From Callorhinchus milii (lineage: Eukaryota), in NCBI RefSeq assembly GCF_018977255.1, contig NW_024704742.1:98148001-98212000 (forward strand): a DNA stretch of 64,000 nucleotides, given 5' to 3'. How positions within the stretch are numbered: the first letter of the stretch is position 1; every line of letters begins with the position of its first letter. Positions 25,773 through 39,232 of the stretch are shown here, piece by piece. The notes under the pieces were generated by a model that saw only the letters and a list, made by a program, of their open reading frames with translations, ran no database searches and had not been told where the DNA came from. The translations under genes and the position numbers were made by a program.

Positions 25773-26083
25773 GGAGTCCTGTAGCTCAGGGGTTGGAGCA
25801 CTCGTCTTGCAAGTGAGACACCTGGGTTCAATTCCAGGCAGGGTGAAACCTTGGGCAAGTTTCCTTACTCCACACGCCTAATAATAATCCCTCCAAAACA
25901 AAACAATTAGGTCAGTTTCAATTCATGACTGTTTGTGGGACACTGCTGTGCACAATTGGCTTCCTCGTTTTGCCCAAAAATATAGTCAATTCACTTTACA
26001 GTATATTCTGTAAAGCGCTTTGAGATGTCTAGAAGACGTGAAAAGCACTATATGAAATGCAAGGATTATTATTATTGTTATTA
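25773..26083 (+). mobile_element. Young tRNA-Ala-derived SINE, short form, full length
   Basis: GGAGTCCTGTAGCTCAG head through GCAAGG(ATT)n tail. Confidence 0.92.
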
Positions 26084-26419
26084 TATAGAACATTTCACTC
26101 ACGGGCTCTGAAGATTCGATTTTGGTGCTTTCTTTTTTGTAAATGAGAAGGCCACCCTTATTCCCAGTCGCAAGAATGGCAGTTCAACACTGCTTCATCA
26201 AACACTGATTTTATACAATATAAATGCAATAAATTCAATTTGTTGTTGTTGTTTTATATTACTTTGTACTTAGCGATTGGAAACTGTTAGTTTTGAGAAG
26301 CCCCAGGGTCACCTTATGTTAGAAAATAAATGATAATCATCTGAAAGCTCCAATGGAAGTGAAACTTGTGGTGCATTTTGTAATGATTCAAATATCGGAA
26401 GCTCGGATGGTTTAATGGA

Positions 26420-26700
26420 GAGAGCTGCACCTTCTAGATGGCTGAGTTTGCTGTTCTCAACCGCAGCTGGAATGAGAAGGTTAATTTGGCCTCTGCCTTC
26501 CCAGGGTTAAGAAGGAATAAATCAGCTGAGTTCCTGGTCCTGACTGCTCTTCAGCATTCTCTACAGGTTGTGGTGCAGCAGTTGGGTAAGATGAGGTTTG
26601 GCTCAGCCCTGATGCCCTCTACACTTAAGTGGTCGGCTGGCAATCACTGCCAAGGCAATGTCCTGGAACAGGGTGAACCAAGCTCATGTTAATCGAAAGG
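26420..26700 (+). mobile_element. Ancient interspersed repeat (SINE-like)
   Basis: Loose similarity to the reverse complement of 25400-25625. Confidence 0.45.
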
Positions 26701-27971
26701 CAAAAATGTAAGCAAGTATGGCACCTGCCAGATTTTACAAATCTCATTCTATCCAGTGAGCTGATGCTTTGTACACACATAAAGTAAGATTTTTTTTCAG
26801 TTTACAAGGTATACCCAATACTGTTACTGCTCCTCTGCCATACCTAGGTCATCAAGTTCCAGAGCCAGATGGGTTCGCATTACTCCAGGAAACAACTAAT
26901 GACAACCCATCTAGCCAACAGGACTTGTGGAGGGGCAGGTCAGTCATTGGGAACAAGGATTCTTCCCATTCAGCTCCTGTTAATGCTGCACCCAAAGCCC
27001 TAAAGGGTAGAGTGACCATGGCTGGACAACCAATGGAACGCTTACAGTGCTTTCAATGGCAATTTATGCAGTTTTAGCTGGTTATACTAGCACAAGCTAT
27101 TTTTACTGTGGATATAGAACCTTCCCCTTTTACAGCCCGTGCCTAAAGAAAGGGGCAACACATATATAAAAATATAAATTCACTGTTTCCATCCAGCAAA
27201 GCTTGTAGTCCCACAAGTAAAGTTATGAGATTGGTAGCACAATGCTGCTGTCAGGAGAATATGTTAAATATCAAGATAGTTAAATATCAAATTTTGATCC
27301 CTTTATCAATTCCAAAAGGCAAAGATTGTGCTCCGTCATCTGCATCAAAAATCTCAAACAACTTTTACCACCACTCAGTATTGCATAAATTATTGAGTTT
27401 CCATGACATGTTTAAAAAGACAGCAAGACAATGGAGTCTTGTCTCGAGTGAAGTAAGCAGTGAAATTGTGCACTTTGCCTGAGCTGTATCAAACCTCTTC
27501 TTCTTCTATTGACAAGTGTTAAATAACTCGCCTGTTAAAGGTTCAATAGCTTCTCATCATATCCCTATCAGCTGTCAGAACCATAGAACAACAGGGCTGT
27601 CGTGAGAAACAGAAAGGATGGGAAGCACCCAGTCCATTCCAGGAACTGATCCGTGATATGAGCAAATGATAAAATAGAAAAGCTTCTGATACGATTTGAT
27701 TTTATCTTCTGTACAATAAGATGTCATATTTTAGGGCAACCAGATACCCTAAGTGTTAACATAAGGAGCCTTTCATTGTTATTGAAAACTGCTGAGCGGA
27801 AGGCAGTTGATGTCAAATTATGTTGGATTGGTCTGACCCTCTTGAGGCAATGACTTAATTGTTAATGGATGTATGGTATTTAAATCCACAGTTAAATCCA
27901 ACCACACCACCCTCTTTTATAGAACTTACTTGAAAAGCAACAACCTGTACAAACAATACATTGTTCACTTT

Positions 27972-28269
27972 TTAGAGCACTCACTTTGCAAGTGAGAGAC
28001 CTGAGTTCAATTCCAGGCAGGGCGAAACCTTGGGCAAGTTTTCTTATTCCACACGCCTAATAATAATCCCTCCAAAAAACAAAAGCAATAATAAATTGGT
28101 CANTTTTAATCCATGACTGTTTGTGGGACATTGCTGTGCGCAATTGGCTGCCGCGTTCGCCCACAAATATAGTCAATTCACTTTACAGTATATTCTGTGA
28201 AGCGCTTTGGGACGTCTAGAAGACGTGAAAAGCGCTACATCAAGTGTAAGGATTATTATTATTATTATT
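27972..28269 (+). mobile_element. Young tRNA-Ala-derived SINE, short form, first ~20 nt missing
   Basis: ttagagcactcactttgcaagtgagagacctgagttcaattcc...(att)n. Confidence 0.92.
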
Positions 28270-28419
28270 AATGCACTTAATAATAATTATAACAATAATC
28301 CTTTCATTTGATATAGCACCTTGAAATTTTGCGACGCATTATGTCACACGGATATAATTATCACCAGTGATAATCATTGCATCATTGATCAATGTCATTT
28401 GATAACTAGGACGAACTTT

Positions 28420-28650
28420 AGGTCACAAGATTGGTTTGGATGAAGAAGACCCTTCACACATTTGATCTCATCCTTCCAAAATACTCACCTACCGTCTTAA
28501 ATGAGTCAGTGTGTAGCCTTAACCACTCTCCCTGTCAACCTGATACAATTGTTGATTAACCTCTGGGTGAACAATGCCTCTTGATGTCTGTCCTGAAATT
28601 GTCTTGCTTCTGAATGCATTGTTTTGGGTTTACCTTTTTTCAACTTCTTT
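28420..28650 (-). mobile_element. CR1 3' remnant
   Basis: Translates ...LFTQRLINNCIRLTGRVVKA (CR1 FTQRVV..WN.LP..VV.A). Confidence 0.7.
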
Positions 28651-31588
28651 GAAATGTTATCCATGTACGTATCACCCCCATGACTCCGCTTCCACCGAAG
28701 CCAGAAGCCAATCACCATTGGAGGTGCTTTCTCCAAAGCATCACACATGTTTTTTTGAGTAGCACAGTTAGTGTTAATTAACACATCTCAATTTGCATGT
28801 GCAATTTCAATTTCAGGATTAGCTGCCATTAGCTAATAAAACAATGGAGCCTTTATTTCCTAAGATAAATGTTATTAATAATGGTAATAATCCTTACAAT
28901 TGATATCACACCTTTCATGTCAACAGGAATCTCAAATATAGTGTTTTATAGTGTATATTGTGGTGACTGTATTTTGAGATCATCAATTTAATGTCAAATT
29001 AGCAGTTTAACATCATAAACCAACTTGAAGTCTTTAGCATCACTGGCAGTCTCACTTATGTACAGTAACTGCAAAATCTCCCATCAAAAGAATGGATAAA
29101 ATATAATTTTTGACTGAATACATCAAAAGATACATTTCCAAAAGGAAACACTGAACAAAATTCAGCTATTCCTTTTGCAATCCAAATTATTTTAAGGCAA
29201 GCGATGTTTGTCGCTGCTGCTGGTGGCACTATACTTTACTTTAGGATTACCATTTTGCTCGTCTGATCAGCGTCTGAAAAAACGATAAACACCATCTGTA
29301 CGGTATTCAAATTGGAAGTGTAGTTACCATAGCACTGGAACATCCAAGCAATGGATTCTTGTTTTTTTTTATTTCAAAGGGTTGAAAAGAGCTTGTTCTC
29401 TGAAGTGTCCACATTGGATGAATAGAATATTCCAACCTGCAAGAACTCTTGAAGTAAATGAATTGGATGGAATTTAATGTACAGGTTTCCAGCTCCCCCA
29501 GAATCATCACATGTTGATGGTTGCAGATTTGCATAATCATAGTTTTCAAATGATTTTATAACAGGGTTGGGTTTCTGAGCCACGTTTTTGTCTCCAGTCT
29601 TTCTAATCGCAGCACTTGATAGCACTTGTAGACAACTGACTGAACTCTCTGATTGCCGAAATGCAGATGACTTGGAAAGATGTGTCCCTGTGCTATTTTG
29701 CTGAGGAAGTTTCCCAGGACTGTTTAGATTTTTTTTACTGTCCTCAATCCTGCTCTTTTTTTCATTGTAGCAGAGGCTGTAGATATTCTTACAGAAAAGG
29801 ATGGTATATTAGTGTGGAAAGGTGCTGTGTGATAGAATATTGGGGTGCAGGCTCTTCAGTCAATTCCCCATCCATAAAAGTCTAGATCTCAGACTGCCTG
29901 TCTGGGAATGAAGCTGAATACAGAGAGAAAAACATTTAAATATATATATATATGCTGCTAAATATGCTGAAGCCATATAACATCCACTTAGAGTTGCTTT
30001 TATTTCGATTCTTTTGGGTCTTTTGCTATATAATTCAGTGCTGAATATTGTGTAACAAGAAACAGTCTGTAATAAACCACAACTATCCTCTTTGGGGGTT
30101 GGTGGGTGGGGGGTGGCTGGAGAAGGTAAGCAAGGTTTCGTTGGAGCTGAACAGGCTTTAAGGTGACATGTTTGGCAAGAAAATCTCAGAATTGAGCCAA
30201 TCCTCTGTTGCAGTCTGGATAGTTCAGTTCTTTAGCCAACTTGGGGACTTTATTGGAACTGACTATAAACTGGGGAACATGCTTGTAGCCCACTCCTCTA
30301 CTGATACCTTCGCTCAGCTGGCTTTAGCCTCTTGCATGTCCCTTCACTCCATTCTACCATTGGCAGCCATGTTTTCAGCCATCAACCCCACCCCCAAAAC
30401 TATGGAACCCTCAGCCTCAATCCTTCCTCCTTGCCCTCTCCTTGCCTGTCTTCACATCACACTTGAAGACCTTCCTCTTTGACCATGTCTACCAAAGCGT
30501 TAAACAAATAGACCTGAAGACTATTGTTGTTGTATAAGATCTAACAAACAGTGCATCAATCAATACAAATGGACTCAAGACTAGAGCAAGATAATTGAGT
30601 GGAGTGTTGTGGTTCTTACTAATACAATGTATTGTACAAAATCTTGCCTATAGCTTGTTAAGCCAAATCCAGAACTGTTAATTGGAATTGTCTTCAATTA
30701 TCAGTGACAAAATGACTAGGTATTAATGTTGGGTTATTGCAGGAGTAGTATTACTTAGTTCAAATCAAAGTCCTAATTTGAGACTTCAGCTCATAGCTTT
30801 CTGACACAAAAGGCCAAGATAACATATTTTCACTTTGGAGGTGAGTTTCTTTTTAAAACAATAATGTAGGTTTAGTGGAGAAGCACTTTTGTTTCATTGT
30901 TGGTGATTTTAGGACGCAAATGGGTGGCAAAGAGAATTGGGATGCCCTCAATAATTGAATGTTTGGCACAGGGGAAGGAGGCAGGAGTGAGTATTTTGTG
31001 GAATGTGTTTGAAGCACAAGTTCTAGGATGAAAACAGCAGGCAATGCAGCCTCTCTGGGGATTAAAATAACAGGGATACAGGATCACTCAACAGAGAAAC
31101 CACACAGTAGCTAGTTACACTGTATTCTCCTTCAGTTAAGGACCATAACAATCTTCACAAGATCTGAAATGTCTTCAGGATTGTTTGTTTAACCGCCTTA
31201 GGTGCAGAATGTGCCTGAGAGAAGTTTCAGAAATGACAGCGACCGCTTTGTACTTGCACAGCTACAGTTTTCTTCCGGTAACAGAAATAAAGATGAAACT
31301 GCAGGAGCTGCAACCTGAGGCAAAATGAGAAGCGCTTGAAATCCACAGCAGGTCTATCAGCATACGAAAGAGGAAGACAGGTTAACATTTCGGGCAGACC
31401 CTTTTCATCAGAACTGAAATGGTTCTGTGCCGAACGGCTGGCTGCACATTTCCAGCTTTTCTGTCTCAGATTTCTTCCCGCGGCTAAATACGTTGATAGG
31501 TTCCAGAAATGTAAGAATCAAGTTCATTCATTCTTCACCCCAGTAAGCTGAAAAACTGTTGATCCCTTTTCATTTGCAGAGACACTGA

Positions 31589-32168
31589 GGTGTGAAATTC
31601 CAGTTTAGAAGACCATTTTTTGGTCTTAAAACTTACGATTTTGCAGAATTGTGGAGCATTCTTAAATTCATCCTTAATTTGGAGGCGGATTTTCTGCAGG
31701 TTTTAAAAATGACTGACTTCCAAATTAAGATTAAATTGAAGAATTTTCCACAATTCTCTGTAACAATATATTTTAAGACAAATGGCCTTGTAATAATAAT
31801 AATAATAATAATCCTTGCATTTGATATAGCGCTTTTCACGTCGGAAGGACGTCCCAAAGCGCTTCACAGAACACACTGTAAAGTGAATTGACTGTAAATT
31901 TGTGGGCGAACGCGGCAGCCAATTGCGCACAGCAATGTCCCACAAACAGTCGTAGATTGAAAATGCCAATTTTATTATTGTTTTTGGTTTTGGAGGGATT
32001 ATTATCAGGAGTGTGGAGTAAGGAAACTTGCCCAAGGTTTCGTCCTGCCTGGAATTGAACTCAGGTCTCTCGCTTGCAAAGCGAGTGCTCTAACCACTGA
32101 GCTACAGGACTCCAAAAACTTTCCTTAATCAAAACTTTGTAAACTAAAAGTAGGTGGAATTTCATGCC
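31589..32168. mobile_element. Palindromic MITE-like element interrupted by a SINE
   Basis: Termini ggtgtgaaattcca / tggaatttcatgcc; inner arms agaattgtgga..attctt.aatt..cttaatttgga / tccaaattaag..aatt.aagaat..tccacaattct. Confidence 0.65.
31791..32113 (-). mobile_element. Young tRNA-Ala-derived SINE, short form, full length
   Basis: Reverse complement of the full SINE including head and (ATT)n tail. Confidence 0.93.
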
Positions 32169-35009
32169 TTTGTTGATATCTGATCACACTAAAGCACCAC
32201 TTTGTATACATCACAAGATTGATTTGGATCAATCAGGCCATCCAATCTCATCCTTAAGGAACACCTACCCTACAACACTGCATCCCCCACCCTACCCTCC
32301 ATCACAGCATCAAGCTGCTTTTTCAATGAGTAACATTTCCTGCTCTATAACACCGGGTATATATTTCCAGGTAACCTGTTCCAGTTGTTGATTACACTGC
32401 ATAATGAATGCACTGGTACAGGCCATCACTGCATACAGACCATCAATGACAATCAAAGATTCACACCAAATGAAGCAAAATCCTTCAAGACTTACACTGC
32501 AATGAAAACCTATGAAAAGAATAATCAAAACCCATCTAAATATCAATGACTTTTGATCTCATGTTTGATCCTTTTCCTTTAGAGGTTCAGTTTGTGCATC
32601 AAGTTCCTTAATGAAGTAAAGCAAGCATTAGGATTGGCACACACTTCATGTTGAGACCGCTACAGAGCCCTCTTGAAACGCAAAAGAGAAACAAGTTGCT
32701 ACCGACACTGGAGTAAGGAGTGATTCGAAGAGAGGAATAGGCAGAGACAGGGAAATAGAAGGTTGATTTGGGTTTAAACAGAACAGAGCTGTTTCTGATT
32801 CGAAGTGATATGTAGAAGCTTCAAATGAAACCCACTTTTGTGGGTATAAAGAATTGTATCAAGACACCAAGAAGGCACAAATTTACTTAAACCATACAGA
32901 GGTCTATATTGGTGGAAAGACAGAGCAGAATTGTGGCACTTTCATTGTTGTGACGTACCTGGGATGCAGTGATGCACTTCAATGTCAATGGTGTCACACA
33001 GAGTGAAGGACTGTCAAACATTATTTAACAAAGACTTGCTCAAGTGGTAGCAATCTGAACAGTGAAGGCTGATCTGTGGTTCACACATCTGAGGGTCGCA
33101 AATACCAGCATCAGCCACTTGATGTCAGTGCCTCCCACATCAAATGTAGCTCAACATCATTTACTCTTCTTTAGGATATCACATAAAGAATACCTTCTTT
33201 TATTCAGCGTTCACAGGAATAATATGCGGATAAACAAGACAGTAATAGCACAAGTTTATAGGAGAAAAATAATGAAGCAACCTAGCATTTTGCACATAAG
33301 GTTTACTGTTGTTCTGAAGTGGGTCTGTGTTCTAAAAGGTCCTTGAAAAATGATCAACAAACCAAAGCAGAAATACAGCGTTTACAATTTAAAAAGATTG
33401 AGCTTTTTTGTGCATCTCTTTGTAACTGTTACCAAGTCCCTAAGTTACATTATTGAAGTCTGTACTTGTTCTCTTTTGAGACCAGGCAGAATTTTGGAGG
33501 CATACTTAGCTAAGAGACCTTTATTTAGCCTTTTGTTTGTTTAATTGCTGAGAGACACAAAGTTAGCTTTAAAAATAATACATATGAGGTGATTAAAATG
33601 TAAATATACCTTCATTAATAGTATGTTTAGGAACATATGAAAAATAAACTCGCATCACATCCACACATGTATTCAAATGTTACACCTTCCTGCGGATTTT
33701 TGTGATCTGCAGACCTGTTGTGGACTAATGCAAGCAAAAGCTTCCAGCCAGGCAGAGTGGAACTCCTTTTCTACACCACAGACTAGAATATGTAACATGT
33801 GGCACATATTATAGTCATTTTATTTTTCTATGTTCGACCCACTTGGTAAACACTTTTAAAAGTGTTTTTTCTTAAGTATTTGCAAACAGAGGCTTAACTA
33901 ATTCACATCCAGCATTTATTGTGAATTGATGAATGATGTTTGATGGATTCAATATCATCCATTACAAATATTTTGCTGAATTTGATTTTGTGGGTGGGAA
34001 TTTTCATTTTCTCTCCTCGCCATGTCTTTGGCTTCTAGTGATTGATAATCTGAAAGGATCAATTCTAGTGTTACTTCATTTTGCATTGGAGAAGTTTGGA
34101 TGGTCAATATTTGCAATCTCTCAAACACCAATGTTTACTAGTGTGACTAGGACTCCAGCCTACCCTATCAGGGTCACTGTGTGGAATATGGCAGACTGAG
34201 CTATACATTTCTGTCTAACTACAGCAGGGTTTTATGTTCATTCACAGACACTCTGAACTGTCTGTCATGCCTATTATATCAGGAACAGGCAGACGGAGCC
34301 AGATGCATTCTTGACTCCCTTGGCCAAAAGAATATAATATGAAAATAAATCAATGAAAAACTAAAGTGCCCTCAGGAGAATCAAAATACCTGACAATTAA
34401 ATTGAAAAGAATGAGGCATTCAGCAACTTTAATACTACATATCTAACCTTAAATTTATAAAACTTTCACAGTCTGTAAATGTTACCAAATGTAAAGCTAC
34501 AAATCCTCTATTGGTGGGCATGACTGTTCAGCTGATCATTATTGGCCCATTGTAAGTGCCTCATGCTCAGAATTACACACAGCAAGAAAGATAAGAGGAC
34601 AAAGACCTGAAGAAATCTTCCACTTGGCCCATTATCTTGTGTGAACTAAATGTAACTGTGTCTTTTAATTGGGTTTTGAAGACCACACAGAGTATTAGGA
34701 GAGACACTTGATCATAACGTGACTGCAGGATCCCAAAGATTACCTATCTAACCTGTCAGCAGTGATGCCAGGAACTTCAACACAAAACAAGCCCTTAGCG
34801 CTATTCTCAATTCCAGTTACAGGTGCAAGAACAGGTGGGACTGGCCAGTCTGAGCCAACTCTCGTTTAAATTGAAACCACTTATGGGCGTTCCTTTTAAT
34901 TCATCTTTTCTGCTTTCTACTGCTTAAACACAGCCAACACTAATTAATCTGTAGCTCCTACTGCAAAGTGAATTTCTTAATACAACAACAATTACTACAG
35001 GGGATGCTT

Positions 35010-35076
35010 GGATTATCTTAAATACATGTGGGTTATCTTAACTATTATCTTAAATACTCTGGATTATCTTAAATGC
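35010..35076. repeat. Short tandem array with four TTATCTTAA units
   Basis: ggattatcttaaatac / ggttatcttaac / tattatcttaaatac / ggattatcttaaatgc. Confidence 0.85.
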
Positions 35077-36065
35077 TTGTTTACAGGTTCAGAGGTGAAA
35101 AATCTAGTGGCAAATATTAATAAAAACCCTTAAAGTGTTACAGGATTTGTTTATAAAAATAAGTACACGTCAAGTGCATTAGCAACGTTTTCAGATGAAT
35201 TTATTGCTGAGTGTGCACAATGCTATTTTTTAAAACAGCTTCTTAAGACAGCTACTCAAGAAATAAATCATTCTTGCACACAGATTACATACTGCACAAC
35301 TGAAGCACAACAATGAAATGCTGTATTGTTAAACAGAGGAAACAACCCCTTAAGACAAAAATCTGTGTGCGAATTCAAAATAGTTTGACACACCAAAAAT
35401 CAAAACACACACTTTAGAGATTATTTGGAGATGATATTCCAATGCACCACCTCATCTTTGAATAAAAATTGCAGTCTGTGGGAATGAAAGGTTATCATTT
35501 GTTCCTGTGCTCCCTTTTTCATTCTTTTTAAAGCAATACACCATAGCGATATTACTCAGGGGTTCACAATAAGGGTCCATCCAACAGAGTTTGCATTACA
35601 TTTTAGTTTTTACACATGGACACTATATTGTGATGAGAAAATGTATCAGTTATTGTCAAATATGATAGACAGCTTCACATGAGGTTCTTTATTGAATTAA
35701 ATTATCTATTTGAGCAGACAGACTGTTTCCTGGGGAGGAAGGCTAACCTATTTTAGTGCTCAATTTCAGTGATAAAAATATTGTATCATTCATGCAATTC
35801 TGAACTTCAATGACTAAACCTGCTGGGTGAGCCTCACTGGATTCCCAGGGAACGTGGGTACATACTTTCTCCTCTCCCTCCACACAGTCAAGGAAGATGG
35901 ACAGGGAGACAAACTTTTTTCCATCCCTGAAAGGGCTAGGTACATTTTAAGTGTTAGGGATCTGAATTGGGCTGAATACAAGTAAAATGTACTATTTCCA
36001 GATAATTCAACAATAGGCTGAATTTAGGTGTTCAGTTCAAGTCAGCTGCATATATATAGTCAGCT

Positions 36066-36261
36066 CTAGATTTACTCTATTTATGTAGAATTTTAGAGTG
36101 ACCATAATTTACCAAATTGTTGAATTCAGTGTTAACTTTGAACTCAGTTTTTTAAAGAATATATCAAAAAAATTATGGTTGTATTGAAGAATTACCAAAA
36201 TCTGAAAGCTTGGTTATTGTATACAGAATACTGCATAAATAGAACAAGGTGAAATTTCTAC
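36066..36261. mobile_element. Palindromic MITE-like family copy
   Basis: ctagatttactctatt (as at 58181) and right terminus aggtgaaatttctac. Confidence 0.5.
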
Positions 36262-36532
36262 TGTGTCATTTTGCCCTTGTTAATACATTTTGGAAATTGC
36301 CTATAACCTGAAGCTTCCAAACTTACAATAAATACACGTCACTACCAAGGCTGGTGAATACACTGATGAAATAGACCCCTATCATAGATTGCCTCCAATC
36401 GTCCGACCTCCTCTCCTCTTCAAAAACCTAAAGTGGACTTGGAAAATAAAAAAAAATTCTGACACAGTAATACTAATCCTTTCCCTTCAGGAGGGCAATT
36501 TAAAACCTTCACAGGATTTGCACAGGTTGTGT

Positions 36533-36910
36533 GCCTGCCTGACTCAGTTGGTAATACTCTCGCCTCTGACTCAAAGGTGTGGGTTGAAGCCCCACGTAGG
36601 AACTTGGAACTCATATAGTCTAGGCTGGAATTGCAATCGAGTCCTGGGAGGAGTGCTTGATTTTTGGAGGTGCCATACTATAGATAAGATGTTAAACCAA
36701 GGTCATTGTCTGCCTGTTCAGGTGCTTGTATGAAATCCCATTTGAAAAGAGAAGGGAGTTTCTTCCAGTGCCCAACACTACACTGTTGTGTAAATTGTCT
36801 ACAATGTTTGCCTATAAAATACAGTCAATGCATTTTACAGTATATCCTGCAACACGATGTGAGCTGTTCTCCTCATGTGCAAGGTGTTATATCAAATGTA
36901 AGGATTATTT
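36533..36910 (+). mobile_element. DeuSINE-like element
   Basis: tRNA-like head, ggaggtgccat...gatgttaaaccaaggtc core, tail tatatcaaatgtaaggattatt. Confidence 0.8.
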
Positions 36911-38684
36911 TCTGTATTTACTATAAAATTGACTGTGTATTTTAAAACATTATATTGCTCTTTGTGCATCTTGGAGTGAAATTCATGACGTTTCACAACA
37001 GGTTCCTTGTGATCAAGAAGCACAAATGTAACCCTCTATTTCTTTATTGTGATACCAAAGCTTTTATGTTACAGCAGACCATGCTGCACAAAGTTACCTA
37101 TAGCTGTCTCTTTGCTTAAAAGCAGCAAGCAATAGTTACTTAAGTTCCAGCCAAGATATATGAAATAGCTAATGTTTTATTTTTCTTGTATCTTACATAA
37201 TTTAAAGTTTCAGATTTAGTTTTCAAGCAAACATCTTCTAGTTAAGGTTAGATTCACAAACTCTACAACATTGGGGGCTCTGTTTTTCCGGGAACTGTGC
37301 AATAAAGTCCATTCTCTCTCGGCGACTTTCCAATGTAGTCTAATGGGAAATTAAAGATTAATTTGCTTTGCACAAAATTAGATCCAGAAAACAGACCTTG
37401 CTGACTCTGGCTGCTCGGCAAACCCACAGTAGAATTCTAACTGTTTTTGGGAGCTTTTAAGGAAATGTCCTAGTTTTAAAGAAACACAGGAATATTTCAC
37501 TTGCGAAGAGTAAGATTATGAAATATTGCAAGTAGTTTAAGCATTATCAGTGAAGTGTAGTTGCCAATTCTGAAGAAGGAGCAAAAGTTAAACCTTCAGA
37601 CTTCACAATCCTCACTGACTGAATGGAACAAGATAGCTCATGCCTGAACTACTGAAACATTGGGATTGGTATGACAAGGAAGGCTATCTGTCAGTGATAT
37701 GTAATATAGCAGGGTTAGAGTTATGTATGGTTAGATAGTTATTCAGGAGTTTTTGCTCGATCAGGGTGGGGGGGGGGGAGGTGCTGGGAGTGAAAAGCTT
37801 TGTTGAATCTTCTCAATGCAGCACAGTGTAAGATTGAGGATTGGCTTGATGGGTTTCATGACCTTTTTCTCAGTCCACTCTTTCTTCTGCTGATCTGTTG
37901 CATCCATTGGCCTGATGTAATTCATTGAATAGAAGAAATCCTATTTTGCAAGGCCCAGATTCCTTATTAAGGAATCCCATAATGAAATATCACAATTTAT
38001 CTCCTAATGTTCCTGTATTATAGGTTTAGGATTTTGAAGGAGGTTCTGTATTTACATTTGTCTACAACATGCAAAGTTACTTTATTTTATAGTAAGTCCT
38101 GTGAAGCACTTTGCAACGTCTTCCCTTACATATAAAATGCAAGGACTATTATTATATTTTTGTTATTATTGTTATTTTTGAGGCTTTCTAAACGCTTACA
38201 GTCCACGGCGGAGTGAAAATATGACTTCTAAAGAATGTATCTGCAGTGGAATGAAATATTTTATAGTCTTAATTTTTAGGATTTGTTCTGGGTTCTCTTT
38301 ATGTGTATACGTACAAATACATTTTAAAACTGCACGGAACAGAACTGAACCAATTTGTTTCCAAAAATCTCAACCACTTTGACTTGCTTAAGCTTTGAAG
38401 GAGGCTATTTCCTTCAAGTGAAATAATGGCAAAATGGCTATTCTGCACATGTGCAATGCAAAGATTTGTGAACTTTATTTTAGAAATGTGTAACTCCTGC
38501 CTAAAGCTTACATTAATGGCGCAATATGGGGACTCTGGGACAAAATGTGCATTTTTCCAGATTTGGGGTGCAGGGCTGATTTTGAAGGTAATGGAGCCAC
38601 AGCAAAATCAAATGGAGATTTGAGAGAAAGAAAAAAATCCAGAATCCCCAGCAGGGAAAACAAGAAACACACTGTGTTCTAGCG

Positions 38685-39015
38685 AGAATGAGACATCTCA
38701 GAAGGGACCTTATAGAGGCATATGAAATTTTAAATGGAAATCAAGAAGTAAACCCAGAACAATACATCTGAATGCACTGAGAGAGTAGAATGAGAGGATA
38801 TAGGTTTAGAGTTGAAATGGAAATTTCAGGGAATATACCAGGAATGATTTCTTTATTCAGAGGGTAATTAACAACTGGAACAGGTTTACAGGAAGGATGG
38901 TTGAGGCCTGGACACTGGACAGCTTGATGCTGCTTTGAGAAGTTGTTATGGTGGGTATTCTGGAAAGATGGGATTCATTGCACTGAATGGTACTTCTTCA
39001 TCCAAAGCAATCTAG
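38685..39015 (+). mobile_element. CR1 3' remnant
   Basis: gaagggaccttatagaggcatatgaaatt (RGDLIE.Y.I) and tttctttattcagagggtaattaacaactggaac. Confidence 0.75.
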
Positions 39016-39018
39016 TCT

Positions 39019-39232
39019 ACACGCCTGATAATAATCCCTCAAACAGAACAAAAATAAATTGGTCATTTCAATCCATGACTGTTTGTGGGACACTGCTCTG
39101 CGCAATTAGCTGCTGCGTTTCGCACAAAAATATACAGCCAATTCACTTAACAGCATATTCTGTGAAGCGCTTTGAGACTTCGAGAAGACGTGAAAAGTGT
39201 TATATCAAATGCAAGGATTATTATTGTTATTA
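39019..39232 (+). mobile_element. Young SINE, 5'-truncated (head absent)
   Basis: Begins acacgcctgataataatccctc, ends gcaaggattattattg. Confidence 0.85.

Noticed and set aside
28634..28748. Phase-1 candidate first exon starting MCDALEK with donor AAG|GTAAAC
   Set aside because: The donor lies inside a CR1 remnant (compare gtaaacccagaacaat at 38747), and similarity to mammalian RORbeta2 is limited to MC.
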